The translations under genes were made by a program, and so were the position numbers. The notes beneath the pieces are model-generated. The model saw only the letters and a list, made by a program, of their open reading frames with translations. It had not been told where the DNA came from and searched no databases. A stretch of 64,000 bases of DNA from contig DAHUXD010000019.1 of assembly GCA_027307335.1 (NCBI GenBank), positions 6,712 to 70,711 on the forward strand. The letters are read 5' to 3'. This DNA is from Acidobacteriota bacterium. Its GTDB lineage: Bacteria; Acidobacteriota; Thermoanaerobaculia; UBA5066; Gp7-AA6. Shown piece after piece: positions 7,394 to 16,828 of this stretch. Each line of letters starts with the position of its first letter. The first letter of the stretch is position 1.

Positions 7394-9021
7394 GCCAGCG
7401 CCTTGTGCACGGTCATCGAGAAGAACTGCCCGATCGGGTACGCCCACGACGCCGCCATCAGCACGACGAGGAGCCAGTTCCAGACGGCGAAGCCGTTCAA
7501 GGGCGCGGGCACGTGGACCACGGGCTCGACGGTCTCGGAGAGGTGAAGCGCCGGATCCGTCTCCCGTTCGGGGTTGCCGTGCGTGCGGAAGAGCACCCAG
7601 ACGAAGAGGAGCGACGAGAGGCCCATCAGCGCGCCGCCGACGATCATCGGCGGGTTCCATTTCGTCCAGCGATCCACGATCGCGGGGTCGTAGGGCATGT
7701 ACGCCACGCGGCGCGGCATGCCGAGGAGGCCCTGCCAGTGCCAGGGGACCGTCAGCACGAGAAGGCCCACGAACCACATCCAGAGCTGCGCGTTGGCGAG
7801 GCCGCGCGAGGAGAGACGCCGCCCGGTGAGCTTCGGCCACAGCGCGTACGCGCCGGCAAAGTACGCGGTGACGACGGTGCCGCCGAGGATCAGGTGGAAG
7901 TGCGCCGTGATCCAGGCGGTGTTGTGGACCATGACGTCCATCGCGTAGGACGCGTTGACGAGGCCGCCGAAGCCGCCGGGCAGCAGGGCGACGAGCGCGA
8001 GGATGCCGCCGAGGGCGACCGGCTCGTTCCACGGGAGCCGGCCGATCCAGCCGAAGAGTCCCTTTCCGCCGCGCAGGCGTCCCGCGGTCTCGAGCGAGGC
8101 GGCGATCGTGAAGCCGGTCAGGAGCGTGGGGAGCGCGACCATGAAGGTGCCGAGCGCGTGCATGAGCTTCCAGCCGGCCGCCTGCTCCGGATCCACGAAC
8201 ACGTGGTGCAGGCCGATCGGCAGGCTGATGACGAGGAGCATCACGAACGCGATGCGCCCGACCTCGTCGGAGAAGAGGTATCCGCCCGCCGCGCGCGGCA
8301 CGATCGAGTAGAGCACGACGTAGGCGGGAATCAGCCAGAAGTAGACGATCGGGTGGAGCGTCCAGGAGAAGAGCGCCCGCGCGAGGCCGACGTCGATCGT
8401 CGGCGTCAGGCCGAGGGAGAGCGGCAGGAGCTGGAAGACGACCTCGACGACGACCCCGACGAGCGTCCACGCCCAGAGGATGGCGTTGGCCGTCATCCCG
8501 AACTGGGCGAGCGGCACCGGCCGTCCCGGGTTCTCGCGCTTCCAGGAAACCGTCTCCGCGATCGTGATCGCCGTCCACGCCAGCGATCCGACGAGGAGCA
8601 GCGCGGCGCCGACGTAGAAGGTCCAGTGCGCCACCATCGGCGGGTAGAAGGTGTAGAGGACGGTCGCCTTGCCCGCGGCGATCGAGACCGCCGCGACGAG
8701 CGAGCCGACGAGCATCGTCCAGAACCCGAGCCACGCGAGCCCCTTGCGCCGGATCGGACGCCGAAGGCTCGCGGCGGTGATCGCGTAGCCGAAGCCGGCG
8801 ATGAAGAAGGTGGTCAGCACGAACGCCTGCACGACGCCGTGCAGGGTGGTGGACTGGTAGTAGAGCTCGGCGGAGATCCTGACGACGTGATCGCGCTCGA
8901 AGAGCTGGTAAACGCCGAGGAGGCTCGCGACCGCGAAGAGCGCGAAGCCGACCCACATGTGCGCGAGCGCTAGGCCGCGCACTCCGGAGAGGCCATCGCG
9001 GGGGGCGGCGGTGTCGCTCAC
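7378..9021 (-). CDS. cbaA: Heme-copper cytochrome c oxidase subunit I (B-family/ba3-type)
   Basis: Carries the motifs WFFGHPEVY-like, HHVFVDPEQ, HFHLILGGTVV and WHWQGLLGMPRRV. Its GTG start (9021) overlaps the subunit II stop (GTGA). The ATG at 9450 gives an Arg-rich extension overlapping the subunit II gene and was rejected. Confidence 0.8.
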   Translation of the reverse strand: MSDTAAPRDGLSGVRGLALAHMWVGFALFAVASLLGVYQLFERDHVVRISAELYYQSTTLHGVVQAFVLTTFFIAGFGYAITAASLRRPIRRKGLAWLGFWTMLVGSLVAAVSIAAGKATVLYTFYPPMVAHWTFYVGAALLLVGSLAWTAITIAETVSWKRENPGRPVPLAQFGMTANAILWAWTLVGVVVEVVFQLLPLSLGLTPTIDVGLARALFSWTLHPIVYFWLIPAYVVLYSIVPRAAGGYLFSDEVGRIAFVMLLVISLPIGLHHVFVDPEQAAGWKLMHALGTFMVALPTLLTGFTIAASLETAGRLRGGKGLFGWIGRLPWNEPVALGGILALVALLPGGFGGLVNASYAMDVMVHNTAWITAHFHLILGGTVVTAYFAGAYALWPKLTGRRLSSRGLANAQLWMWFVGLLVLTVPWHWQGLLGMPRRVAYMPYDPAIVDRWTKWNPPMIVGGALMGLSSLLFVWVLFRTHGNPERETDPALHLSETVEPVVHVPAPLNGFAVWNWLLVVLMAASWAYPIGQFFSMTVHKALAWGFR

Positions 9022-9536
9022 GGCTTCGTCACCCGCACGCGGCCCCACATCGACTGGTGGCCGAGGCCGCAGTACTCGTTGCAGAAGAGCGGCACGGTCA
9101 CGCTGCCGTCGGGGTTCGCGGTGCCGATCGCGGCGACGCGGTCGAAGCGGATCGTCGTCCGCACCTCCGAGACGTAGCCCGGCACGACCTGCGTGCCGAT
9201 GTTCGTTCCCGCGACGTGCAGCCCGTGCAGGACGTCGGCGCTCGCCGCGCGGATGACGATGGGCGTGTCGGCCGGCAGCGTGATCTCCTGCGGGTGGACC
9301 ATGTAGCGCGCCATCACGATGCGGGCGACGACGGTGCCGTCCTTCGTCCGCTCGACGCCGAGGTGGTCCTCGGCGAACTCCGGCGTCAGGTGCAGCCGCG
9401 TCGAGTCGATCGCCTCGACGTTCGAGGGCGGATGGATCCCCGCTGCCCACGCGGTATAGAGGACGAAGAGCCCCATGACCAGGACGAGGAGGATCGATAC
9501 GACGAACCAGCGGCGCTCGAGCGGGTGAATCGCCAC
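9018..9536 (-). CDS. cbaB: Cytochrome c oxidase subunit II, short single-TM ba3-type with a CuA centre
   Basis: It is 172 aa with one N-terminal TM helix and a cupredoxin CuA motif (H...CNEYCGLGHQSM). Confidence 0.8.
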   Translation of the reverse strand: MAIHPLERRWFVVSILLVLVMGLFVLYTAWAAGIHPPSNVEAIDSTRLHLTPEFAEDHLGVERTKDGTVVARIVMARYMVHPQEITLPADTPIVIRAASADVLHGLHVAGTNIGTQVVPGYVSEVRTTIRFDRVAAIGTANPDGSVTVPLFCNEYCGLGHQSMWGRVRVTKP

Positions 9537-9544
9537 CTGCCGCC

Positions 9545-9691
9545 TTACCGGACCGGCCCGTTGCCGAGGAAGCGCCCGAAGTAGAGGAGCGCCCAGCCGA
9601 CGAAGAGAAGCGCCGCGACGACGAGCATCAGCGCGTACGCGCCTCGCGGCGTCGACGCCATCTTCTCGAGCTCTTCCCGACTCGGTGCCAT
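9545..9691 (-). CDS. Putative ba3 oxidase subunit IIa-like single-TM peptide
   Basis: A 48-aa ORF (MAPSREELEKMASTPRGAYALMLVVAALLFVGWALLYFGRF) with a GGAGG RBS 4 nt upstream, sitting directly upstream of subunit II. Confidence 0.45.
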   Translation of the reverse strand: MAPSREELEKMASTPRGAYALMLVVAALLFVGWALLYFGRFLGNGPVR

Positions 9692-9767
9692 GGAGCCTCC
9701 GGCGAGTTTCCGTGGGGTGGCTGTCCGAAGCCTATCCGCGCGAGGCTCCGGATGGCAAGATTCGGGC

Positions 9768-10487
9768 GTGACGGCGCTCCTCGCCACCGCGTTCGTGGTC
9801 GGGCTCCTCGGCGGCGTGCACTGCATGGTGATGTGCGGCGGCGTCGTGGCCGCGCTGGGAATGCGGGCGCCGGACGGCGGACCGGCGGGGCGGCGCGGCG
9901 TGCTCCGGCAACTCGGCTACAACGCGGGACGAATGGCGACGTACGCGGGGCTCGGCGCGGCGGCGGGGGCTCTCGGCGCGCTCGGGCTGACGACGCCGGA
10001 AGCGCGGCCGGTGCAGATCGCCCTCCTCGCGGCGGCGAACGGGATCGTGGTGCTGCTGGGTCTTTCGATCGCGGGCTTCGCCGGCGCGGCGCGCTTTCTC
10101 GAGAAGGCCGGAAACCTCGTCTGGCGCCTCGTGCGGCGGCTCGGCGGCCGCATCACGCCCGCCCACTCGATGGCGGGAGCCGTCGCCGCGGGCCTCGTCT
10201 GGGGATTTCTCCCCTGCGGGCTCGTCTACGGCGTGCTCGCGACCGCCGTGGCGGCCGGAAGCGCGGCGCGCGGCGCGCTGGTGATGGCCGCGTTCGGAGC
10301 GGGGACGCTGCCGAACCTGATCGCCGCCGGTCTCGCGGCCGAGACGCTGCGGCGCTTCGTGCGCGGTCCGCGCGTGCGCCTCGCCGCCGGCGCCGCGATC
10401 GTCTCGATCGGCTTGATCGGGCTGGCGCGCGTCCCGCACCTCGCCGAGCACCTGGAGCACGGGCTACGCGCGGCGGCGATCCGCTAA
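9768..10487 (+). CDS. DsbD_2/UreH-like transmembrane protein (putative metal handling or oxidase biogenesis)
   Basis: Has GGVHCMVMCGG and FLPCGLVYG motifs, is polytopic, and is convergent with and adjacent to the CcoI-type ATPase. The start is uncertain (GTG at 9768 preferred over the ATG at 9690, which would overlap the IIa gene). Confidence 0.55.
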   Translation: MTALLATAFVVGLLGGVHCMVMCGGVVAALGMRAPDGGPAGRRGVLRQLGYNAGRMATYAGLGAAAGALGALGLTTPEARPVQIALLAAANGIVVLLGLSIAGFAGAARFLEKAGNLVWRLVRRLGGRITPAHSMAGAVAAGLVWGFLPCGLVYGVLATAVAAGSAARGALVMAAFGAGTLPNLIAAGLAAETLRRFVRGPRVRLAAGAAIVSIGLIGLARVPHLAEHLEHGLRAAAIR

Positions 10488-12932
10488 CCGCAGCGCGTTG
10501 ACGACCACCAGCAGCGAGCTCGCCGACATCCCGAGCGCGGCGGCCCACGGCGGCACGCGGCCCGCGGCCGCGAGCGGCACGGCCAGGACGTTGTAGGCGA
10601 GCGCCCAGATCAGATTCTGGACGAGCACGTGCTTCGCCCGTCGGGCGATCCCGCGCGCCCGGGCGAGCGCGTCGAGTCCGCGGCCGAGCAGCAGGAAGTC
10701 GCTCGAGGCGCGGGGCGCGCGGGGCGCCTCGGCGAGCGAGACCGAAACGGAGGCGCCTGCGAGCGCCGGCGCGTCGTTCCAGCCGTCGCCGACGAAGAGG
10801 ACCCGGTCGCCCGCCCGAGCGCGCTCGCCGACCCAGGTGAGCTTGTCCGCGGCGGACATTCCGCCGAGGGCTTCGTCGAACCCCAGCGCGCGGCCGATGC
10901 GCGCGGCGCGTTCGGGAGTGTCGCCGGAGAGGAGCGCGACGCGGCGCAGGCCCTCCGCCCGCAGCGCCGCCGCGATCCCGCCGGCGTCGTCGCGCCAGCG
11001 CTCCGCGAGGGCGAAGACGGCGCCGCGGCCGTGCGCGTCCTCGAGCACGACCGGCAGCAGTCCGTCGTCGCGCGCGCGATCGATCGCCGCGATCGCGTCC
11101 GCCGGAAGCTCCGCGCCGGCGGAAGCGAATTCGGGCGTGCCGATTCGCCACCGCTCGCCGTCGACATCTCCGGCGATTCCTTCTCCCGCGGTTTCCGCGG
11201 CGCGGACCGCCGTGGCCGGCGCTCCCGAGTGAGCGGCCGCGATCGCCCGCGCGGCCGGATGCGTCGAGACCGTCTCGAGCGCCGCCGCGATGCGGAGGGC
11301 CTCCGCCTTCGTGAGGCCGCCGAACGCGTCGACGCGTTCGAGGGACGACGTTCCCGCGGTGAGCGTGCCCGTCTTGTCGAAGACCGCGACGTCCGCGGCC
11401 GCGAGGCGCTCGAGCGCGTCGCCGCGCGTTGAGAGGACCCCGATCGCGGTCAGCCGACCCGCCGTGATCGCGAGCGCCACGGGCGCGGCGAGCGCGAGCG
11501 CGCAGGGGCACGTCACGATCAGCACCGCGATGGTCGCGGGCAGCGCGCTCGCCGGCGTCAGGATGAGGCGTCCGGCGAGCGTGGCGGCCGCGGCCACGAG
11601 CACGGTCACGACGAGGACGGCGGCGGCGCGGTCGGCCAGGAGGACGTAGGGAGGCCGGTTCGCGAGGCCTCGCTCGACCAGCCGGCGGATCTGTGCGAGC
11701 GCCGAGTCTCCGGCCGCGGCCGTCACGCGGAGGACTACGGGCGCTCCGCGCGCGACGCTCCCCGCGGCGACCGTCTCTCCCGCCGCCCGCCGCCGGGGCC
11801 AGGGCTCCCCGGTCAGGACCGCCTCGTCGAGCTCCGCGACGGCGAGGAGGACGCCGTCCGCCGGCACGGTCTCGCCCGGAGGGACGCGGATGCGGTCGCC
11901 CGGCGCGAGCGCCGACGCGGGGACCCGCGCCTCGCGTTCTCCCGCGTCGAGGCGTCTGGCGAACGATGCCGACACCGCCGCGTACCGATCGAGGCCCGCC
12001 GCGGCGCGCGTGCGCGCGCGGGTCTCGAACGCGCGCGCGAGGAGCACGGCCGGTACGAGCATCCCGATGGCGTCGAAATACACCGGTCCCGAACCGCCCA
12101 CGGTCGCGACGGCGCTCGCGGAAAACGCCGCGGCGAGGCCGATCGCGATCGGCACGTCCATGCCGGCGCGGCGGTTCCGCAGATCGCGCGCGGCGCCCGA
12201 GAAGAACTCCCGACCGGGATAGAGAAGGAGCGCGAGGGCGGCCGCGAGGCAGCTCCAGCGGGCGTACGTCTCCCAGAGCGGCAGGCGTCCCGCGGCGTCG
12301 GGGCCGCCGACGAGGTACGCCGCGAGCGCGAGGTTCATGACCATCATGCCGACGAAGCCGGCGAAGATCAGCCGGGCTCCGTCATGGCGACGCGCCTCCG
12401 CGTCGAGGCCTTGGCGGTGGCCCGGGTCGACGGGGCGCGCGCGGTAGCCGATCCGCCGCACGGCGGCGAGGATCTGTGCGAGCGCGACCCGTTCCGGGTC
12501 CCAGCGCACCCGAACCGTCTGCGCGGTCCAGTTCGCCTCGGCCGAGGCGACGCCGTCGAGCGCGCGCAGGCGCGACTCGTTCAGCCACAGGCACGCGGGG
12601 CAGCGCGCGCCGTCGAGGTAGAGGCTCGCCTCACGCAGCGCCCCGTGCCACGCCGGCGCGAGCGCCTCGTCCGCGAGCGCGTCGCCCTCGGTATCGTCAT
12701 CGCCAACGACCGGCGGCGGAGCCGGGTCGGTGCGCAGACGGTAATAGTCGTCGAGACCCTCGGTGGCGATCGTCTCGGCGATCGCCCGGCAGCCGGCGCA
12801 GCAGAAGTCGCGCGGCGCGCCGAGGACGACGGCGCGCCAGAGGGCGCGTTCGGGCACCGGAAGACCGCAGTGATAGCAGTCGGCCGCCGCGCTCTCGGGA
12901 GCCGGTACCGCCGCGCTCATGCTCCCGAGCAT
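10464..12932 (-). CDS. Copper-translocating P1B-type ATPase (CcoI/FixI-like)
   Basis: N-terminal CYHCGLP metal-binding motif, CPC motif (TCPCALALA), DKTGTLT phosphorylation site and GDGWNDAPAL. Confidence 0.85.
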   Translation of the reverse strand: MLGSMSAAVPAPESAAADCYHCGLPVPERALWRAVVLGAPRDFCCAGCRAIAETIATEGLDDYYRLRTDPAPPPVVGDDDTEGDALADEALAPAWHGALREASLYLDGARCPACLWLNESRLRALDGVASAEANWTAQTVRVRWDPERVALAQILAAVRRIGYRARPVDPGHRQGLDAEARRHDGARLIFAGFVGMMVMNLALAAYLVGGPDAAGRLPLWETYARWSCLAAALALLLYPGREFFSGAARDLRNRRAGMDVPIAIGLAAAFSASAVATVGGSGPVYFDAIGMLVPAVLLARAFETRARTRAAAGLDRYAAVSASFARRLDAGEREARVPASALAPGDRIRVPPGETVPADGVLLAVAELDEAVLTGEPWPRRRAAGETVAAGSVARGAPVVLRVTAAAGDSALAQIRRLVERGLANRPPYVLLADRAAAVLVVTVLVAAAATLAGRLILTPASALPATIAVLIVTCPCALALAAPVALAITAGRLTAIGVLSTRGDALERLAAADVAVFDKTGTLTAGTSSLERVDAFGGLTKAEALRIAAALETVSTHPAARAIAAAHSGAPATAVRAAETAGEGIAGDVDGERWRIGTPEFASAGAELPADAIAAIDRARDDGLLPVVLEDAHGRGAVFALAERWRDDAGGIAAALRAEGLRRVALLSGDTPERAARIGRALGFDEALGGMSAADKLTWVGERARAGDRVLFVGDGWNDAPALAGASVSVSLAEAPRAPRASSDFLLLGRGLDALARARGIARRAKHVLVQNLIWALAYNVLAVPLAAAGRVPPWAAALGMSASSLLVVVNALRLADRRRA

Positions 12933-12968
12933 ACCGGCCGCGCCCGCTGCCTGATCGCCGGCCGGAAA

Positions 12969-15806
12969 TCAGGGAGCCGACGGGAAGGTCTTGACGATGA
13001 GCGCCGCGGCCTGGCCGCGCGTGACCGGGTTTTCCGGACAGAAGTTGCCGCCCCCGCAGCCTCCGGTGATGCCCTCCTGGGCGGCCGCCTCGATGTAGTC
13101 GGCCGCGAAGGAGTCGGCGGGCACGTCCCCGAAGACGGTACCCGTCGCCGGCGGCGGCAGGTACCCCGGTCCGTGCTCGGCGCGCAGCAGGAAGACCATC
13201 ATCTGGGCGCGGGTCACCGGCGAGAGCGGACAGTAGTCCGGATACCCGCAGCCGGCGGTGATCTGGTCGAGGAGGAACTGCTGAATGTACGGACCGAAGC
13301 CCGAGCAGCGATCGACGTCGGCCATGGGAAGCGTCTGGTTCGGGCCGCCGAAGACCGGATCGAAGGGGTAGCCCGCGCCGCGCATCGCCTTCTCGACCTG
13401 CACCGCGGCCTGACCGCGGTTGAGCGGCGTGCCCGGGCAGAAGTTCCCGCCGCCGCAGCCGCCGGTGACGGCGCGCTGCGTGAGCGCGACGACGCTCTCG
13501 TGGAACGGAGACGCCGGCGGAACGTCGGCGAAGTCGAAGACGAACGCGCGCAGGGAGTCCTGCTGCGGCTCGCCCGTCACGACCTTCACCGCGACGGCGC
13601 CGGCGGCGCCGGCGGGCGTGATCGCGGCGATGTGCGTGTCGTCCACCACCGCGAAGTCGGCGGCGGCGGTCTGCCCGAAGAAGAGGCCGACGACGGACGC
13701 GAAGCCGGTGCCGGAGACGATGACGAGGGAGTCCCCGGAGGCCGGGCCGGAGGGCGGCGCCACGCCGGCGATCGACGGCGGCGGCGTGGCGGACCGGTGG
13801 ATGTGAAAGACGCTGCCGAATCCGGCGAGGTGCAGGAGGCTGCCGTCGCTCGCGATGGCGAGGCTCGAGCCGTTGTCGTTGTCGACGGTCGGAAGCCCGC
13901 GGTCGTACGGGCTCCACGTGAGTCCCGCGTCGGTGCTGACGTACACCGCCCGGCCGTCCGGCGAGAGCGGCAGATTCGTGGCGGCGTAGGCAGTCGAGGG
14001 ATTCGCGGGGTCGAAGACGATCGAAAGGATGCCGTTCGTCTGCGGCATCCCGGAAAACGAGGGCTGCCAGCTCGCGCCGCGATCGGCGCTGCGGTATAGG
14101 GGAGCGATCATCGTGACCGGGTTCCCGCCCCCGCCGCCGAGCATCAGGTTCGGGTCGGTGGGACTCTGGGCGAAGGCGGTCAGCTGCGCCCCCCCGAGAC
14201 CCGTGTCCGACGGACTCCAGGTCGCGCCGTGGTCGGTGCTCACCTGATTCAGCCCGTCCACGAGGCCGTAGAGGCGCCCGTCGACCGTCGCGTCCGCCAT
14301 CATCCAGTCGACGAAGTACGTGCCCGAGCTCGCGGGTGCCCAGGAGTCACCGCCGTCGTCGGAGAAGTAGAGATGGTTGGCGAGCACGTAGACGCGCCCG
14401 GCATCGGTCGGGGGCACGACGAACTCGGTGGCGTCGATGGCCGCACCCGCCGGAAGCGCTCCGGTGGCCGTCCAGCTCGCGCCCGCGTCGGTGCTGCGGT
14501 AGATGCCGCCGCGGTCCATGAGGCAGACGTAGACGGTCTCGGGCGACCCGGGCTGCACGGTCATTGCGGTGATCCGGCCGGTCGGCAGGTCGGTGGAGAC
14601 GTTCGCCCAGGTCGCCCCGGCGTCGAGGCTCCGGAAGACGCCGGCGCCGCCTCCCCAGGGATTCGCATACCAGAGCGTCGCGTCCGCGGCCGGATCGACG
14701 ACGACCCATCCGAAGAGCAGACCGGCGAACGCCTCGCCGGGGCCGGTCCAGGTGGCGCCGCCGTCCGTCGTCCGGAAGACGCCGTTGCCGGCGGAGCCCG
14801 CGAACCAGAGGCCCGCAGCGGCTCCCGGCACGAGCGCGCTCGGTGCGATCGACGGCAGTCCGACGTTGACCGGCGACCAGGTGGCGCCAGAATCCGTGCT
14901 CACGCGGACCCCTCCGGTCATGCTCAAGACGTAGACCCCGGGGCCGAACGGATCGATCGCGACGCCGATGTACGCCTCGCTCGGAAGGGTCGCGACGGCA
15001 TCCCAGGTCACGCCACCGTCGGCGCTGCGGAAGACGGCGCCGCTCGATTCCCCGGTGATCTCGTTGAAGGAGTTGGCCGCTGCCCAGGCGACGAGCGGGT
15101 CGGCGGGGTTGACCGCCACCTGGGACACGTTCTGCGCGAGCGGCGCGAACAGGACCGATGTCCACTGATCGCCCCCGTCGACGCTGCGAAAGAGGCCGTG
15201 GCCCTGCATGTTGGCGAAGAGAATCCGGCCGTCAGCGGGCGAGACGCCGAGGGAAGTGATGCCGAACTGACCCGGCGGAAGGCCCTCGTTGGCGGCCGCG
15301 TTCCACGAACAGCCGCCGTCGTCGGTTCTCCAGACGCCGGCGAGCGTGGCGGCGTAGACGGTCGACGGGGCCTGCGGATCGACCACGATCGCGTACGCTT
15401 CCTCGTAGGCGCTCGTCGGATTGACGATGTCCTGAGAGACCCAGTGATCCCCTCGATCCGTCGACTTTGCGACGAAGGAGCTGTACGTCGAGGCGTACAG
15501 CGTCGAGGGCGACGTCGGGTCGATCGCGAGTCCCGTGATCCACCGCGCCGGCAACCCCGTGTCGATCGTCGTCCACGTCTGGCCGCCGTCCGTCGAGCGG
15601 AAGACGCCCGCGTACTGCGCGGCCGCGTAAACGACTTGCGGGTTCGTCGGGTCGGCCACGAGCGCCGGCACGGCGCCGGCCCAGGGCCCGGTCGTCGTCC
15701 ATTCGTTGACGCCGCCGCGCGCCGTCACGGCGGCGGCGAGACAGACGGCGAAGCCCGCGAACGCCCGGAGCCCCGGGGCCCGAACCGCCCGAATTGTGCG
15801 AATCAT
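12969..15806 (-). CDS. Large secreted BNR/Asp-box repeat (beta-propeller) surface protein with an IPT/TIG domain and a C-terminal triple SLH-like module
   Basis: Has a signal peptide (MIRTIRAVRAPGLRAFAGFAVCLAAAV), more than 10 SxDxGxTW repeats, and three C-terminal repeats of F.DVP...GITGGCGGGNFCP..VTRGQ. Confidence 0.75.
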   Translation of the reverse strand: MIRTIRAVRAPGLRAFAGFAVCLAAAVTARGGVNEWTTTGPWAGAVPALVADPTNPQVVYAAAQYAGVFRSTDGGQTWTTIDTGLPARWITGLAIDPTSPSTLYASTYSSFVAKSTDRGDHWVSQDIVNPTSAYEEAYAIVVDPQAPSTVYAATLAGVWRTDDGGCSWNAAANEGLPPGQFGITSLGVSPADGRILFANMQGHGLFRSVDGGDQWTSVLFAPLAQNVSQVAVNPADPLVAWAAANSFNEITGESSGAVFRSADGGVTWDAVATLPSEAYIGVAIDPFGPGVYVLSMTGGVRVSTDSGATWSPVNVGLPSIAPSALVPGAAAGLWFAGSAGNGVFRTTDGGATWTGPGEAFAGLLFGWVVVDPAADATLWYANPWGGGAGVFRSLDAGATWANVSTDLPTGRITAMTVQPGSPETVYVCLMDRGGIYRSTDAGASWTATGALPAGAAIDATEFVVPPTDAGRVYVLANHLYFSDDGGDSWAPASSGTYFVDWMMADATVDGRLYGLVDGLNQVSTDHGATWSPSDTGLGGAQLTAFAQSPTDPNLMLGGGGGNPVTMIAPLYRSADRGASWQPSFSGMPQTNGILSIVFDPANPSTAYAATNLPLSPDGRAVYVSTDAGLTWSPYDRGLPTVDNDNGSSLAIASDGSLLHLAGFGSVFHIHRSATPPPSIAGVAPPSGPASGDSLVIVSGTGFASVVGLFFGQTAAADFAVVDDTHIAAITPAGAAGAVAVKVVTGEPQQDSLRAFVFDFADVPPASPFHESVVALTQRAVTGGCGGGNFCPGTPLNRGQAAVQVEKAMRGAGYPFDPVFGGPNQTLPMADVDRCSGFGPYIQQFLLDQITAGCGYPDYCPLSPVTRAQMMVFLLRAEHGPGYLPPPATGTVFGDVPADSFAADYIEAAAQEGITGGCGGGNFCPENPVTRGQAAALIVKTFPSAP

Positions 15807-15819
15807 GCGCGAAATCGTA

Positions 15820-16776
15820 TCAGTAACGGCCGCCCACGGGCGCCGGCAGGGCGTCGAGCTCGGCCCGCTCCTCGGGCGTCAGCGCGATCCCGCCGGCGGC
15901 GACGTTCTGCTCGAGGTACCGGCGCCGCTGCGTGCCCGGGATCGCGTGCACGTGCTCGCCCTGCGCGAGCACCCAGGCGAGGGCGATCTGGGCGGCCGTC
16001 GCGCCGCGGCGCTCGGCGATCGCGCGCACGCTCTCGACGAGCCGCTGGTTGGCGGCGACGGCTTCGGGCCGGAAGCGCGGCAGCCTCGAGCGGAAGTCCT
16101 CGGAGCCGAACCGCGCCTCCGCGCCGATCGAGCCCGTGAGAAACCCGCGCCCGAGCGGCGAGAAGGCGACGAACGCCGCGCCGTGCGCCGCGCACCACGG
16201 CACGACGTCCGCGAGGTGGTCGCGCGTCCACAGCGAGAGCTCCGACTGCACGGCGCTCACCGGATGGATGCGCGACACCCGCTCGAGCTCGTCGACGGTC
16301 GGCTCGGAGATGCCGAGCCTCCGCACCTTGCCCGCTTCGACCAGCGCGGCCATCGCGCGCCACGTCTCCTCGACGGGCGTCTGCGGGTCCACGCGGTGGA
16401 GGTAGTAGAGGTCGATGACGTCGGCGCCGAGCCGGCGCAGCGAGCCGTCGCATGCCGTGCGCACGTGCTCGGGCCGTCCGCTCCGTCCGTAACGGTACGT
16501 CGCCCGGTCCTCGAGGACGAGGCCGCACTTGGTCGCGAGCACGACCCGCTCGCGCCGTCCCGCGAGCGCGCGGCCGACCAGCGACTCGTTGGTGAACGGC
16601 CCGTAGACGTCGGCGGTGTCGAGGTGCTGGACGCCGAGATCGATCGCCTCGTGGATGAGGCGGACGCCCGCGGCCTCGTCGACCGCGGGATCGCGATAGG
16701 CCCAGGACAGCCCCATGCAGCCGAGGCCCACGGGGAAGACCGGACGGCCCGCCCCGCCGAGGCGCCGCCGAAGCAT
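15820..16776 (-). CDS. Aldo/keto reductase
   Basis: AKR family motifs (GLGCMGLS, DTADVYG, LGISE). Confidence 0.8.
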   Translation of the reverse strand: MLRRRLGGAGRPVFPVGLGCMGLSWAYRDPAVDEAAGVRLIHEAIDLGVQHLDTADVYGPFTNESLVGRALAGRRERVVLATKCGLVLEDRATYRYGRSGRPEHVRTACDGSLRRLGADVIDLYYLHRVDPQTPVEETWRAMAALVEAGKVRRLGISEPTVDELERVSRIHPVSAVQSELSLWTRDHLADVVPWCAAHGAAFVAFSPLGRGFLTGSIGAEARFGSEDFRSRLPRFRPEAVAANQRLVESVRAIAERRGATAAQIALAWVLAQGEHVHAIPGTQRRRYLEQNVAAGGIALTPEERAELDALPAPVGGRY

Positions 16777-16828
16777 TGGCGCAACATACACCGCCGCCGC
16801 GTTTTCGAACGGCTAAGATGGCTTCTCC

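Noticed and set aside
7405-8973. 522-aa plus-strand ORF antisense to oxidase subunit I
   Set aside because: Low-complexity, Arg/Asp/Glu-rich sequence, and the opposite strand carries unmistakable HCO motifs.
9690-9767. ATG start at 9690 for the DsbD_2-like gene
   Set aside because: It would overlap the divergent IIa-like gene start by 2 nt. An in-frame GTG immediately precedes the first TM segment.
10153-11511. Alternative-frame ORFs inside the Cu-ATPase gene (452 aa minus strand; 267 aa plus strand)
   Set aside because: They overlap the P-type ATPase frame that carries the DKTGT, CPC and GDGxND motifs.
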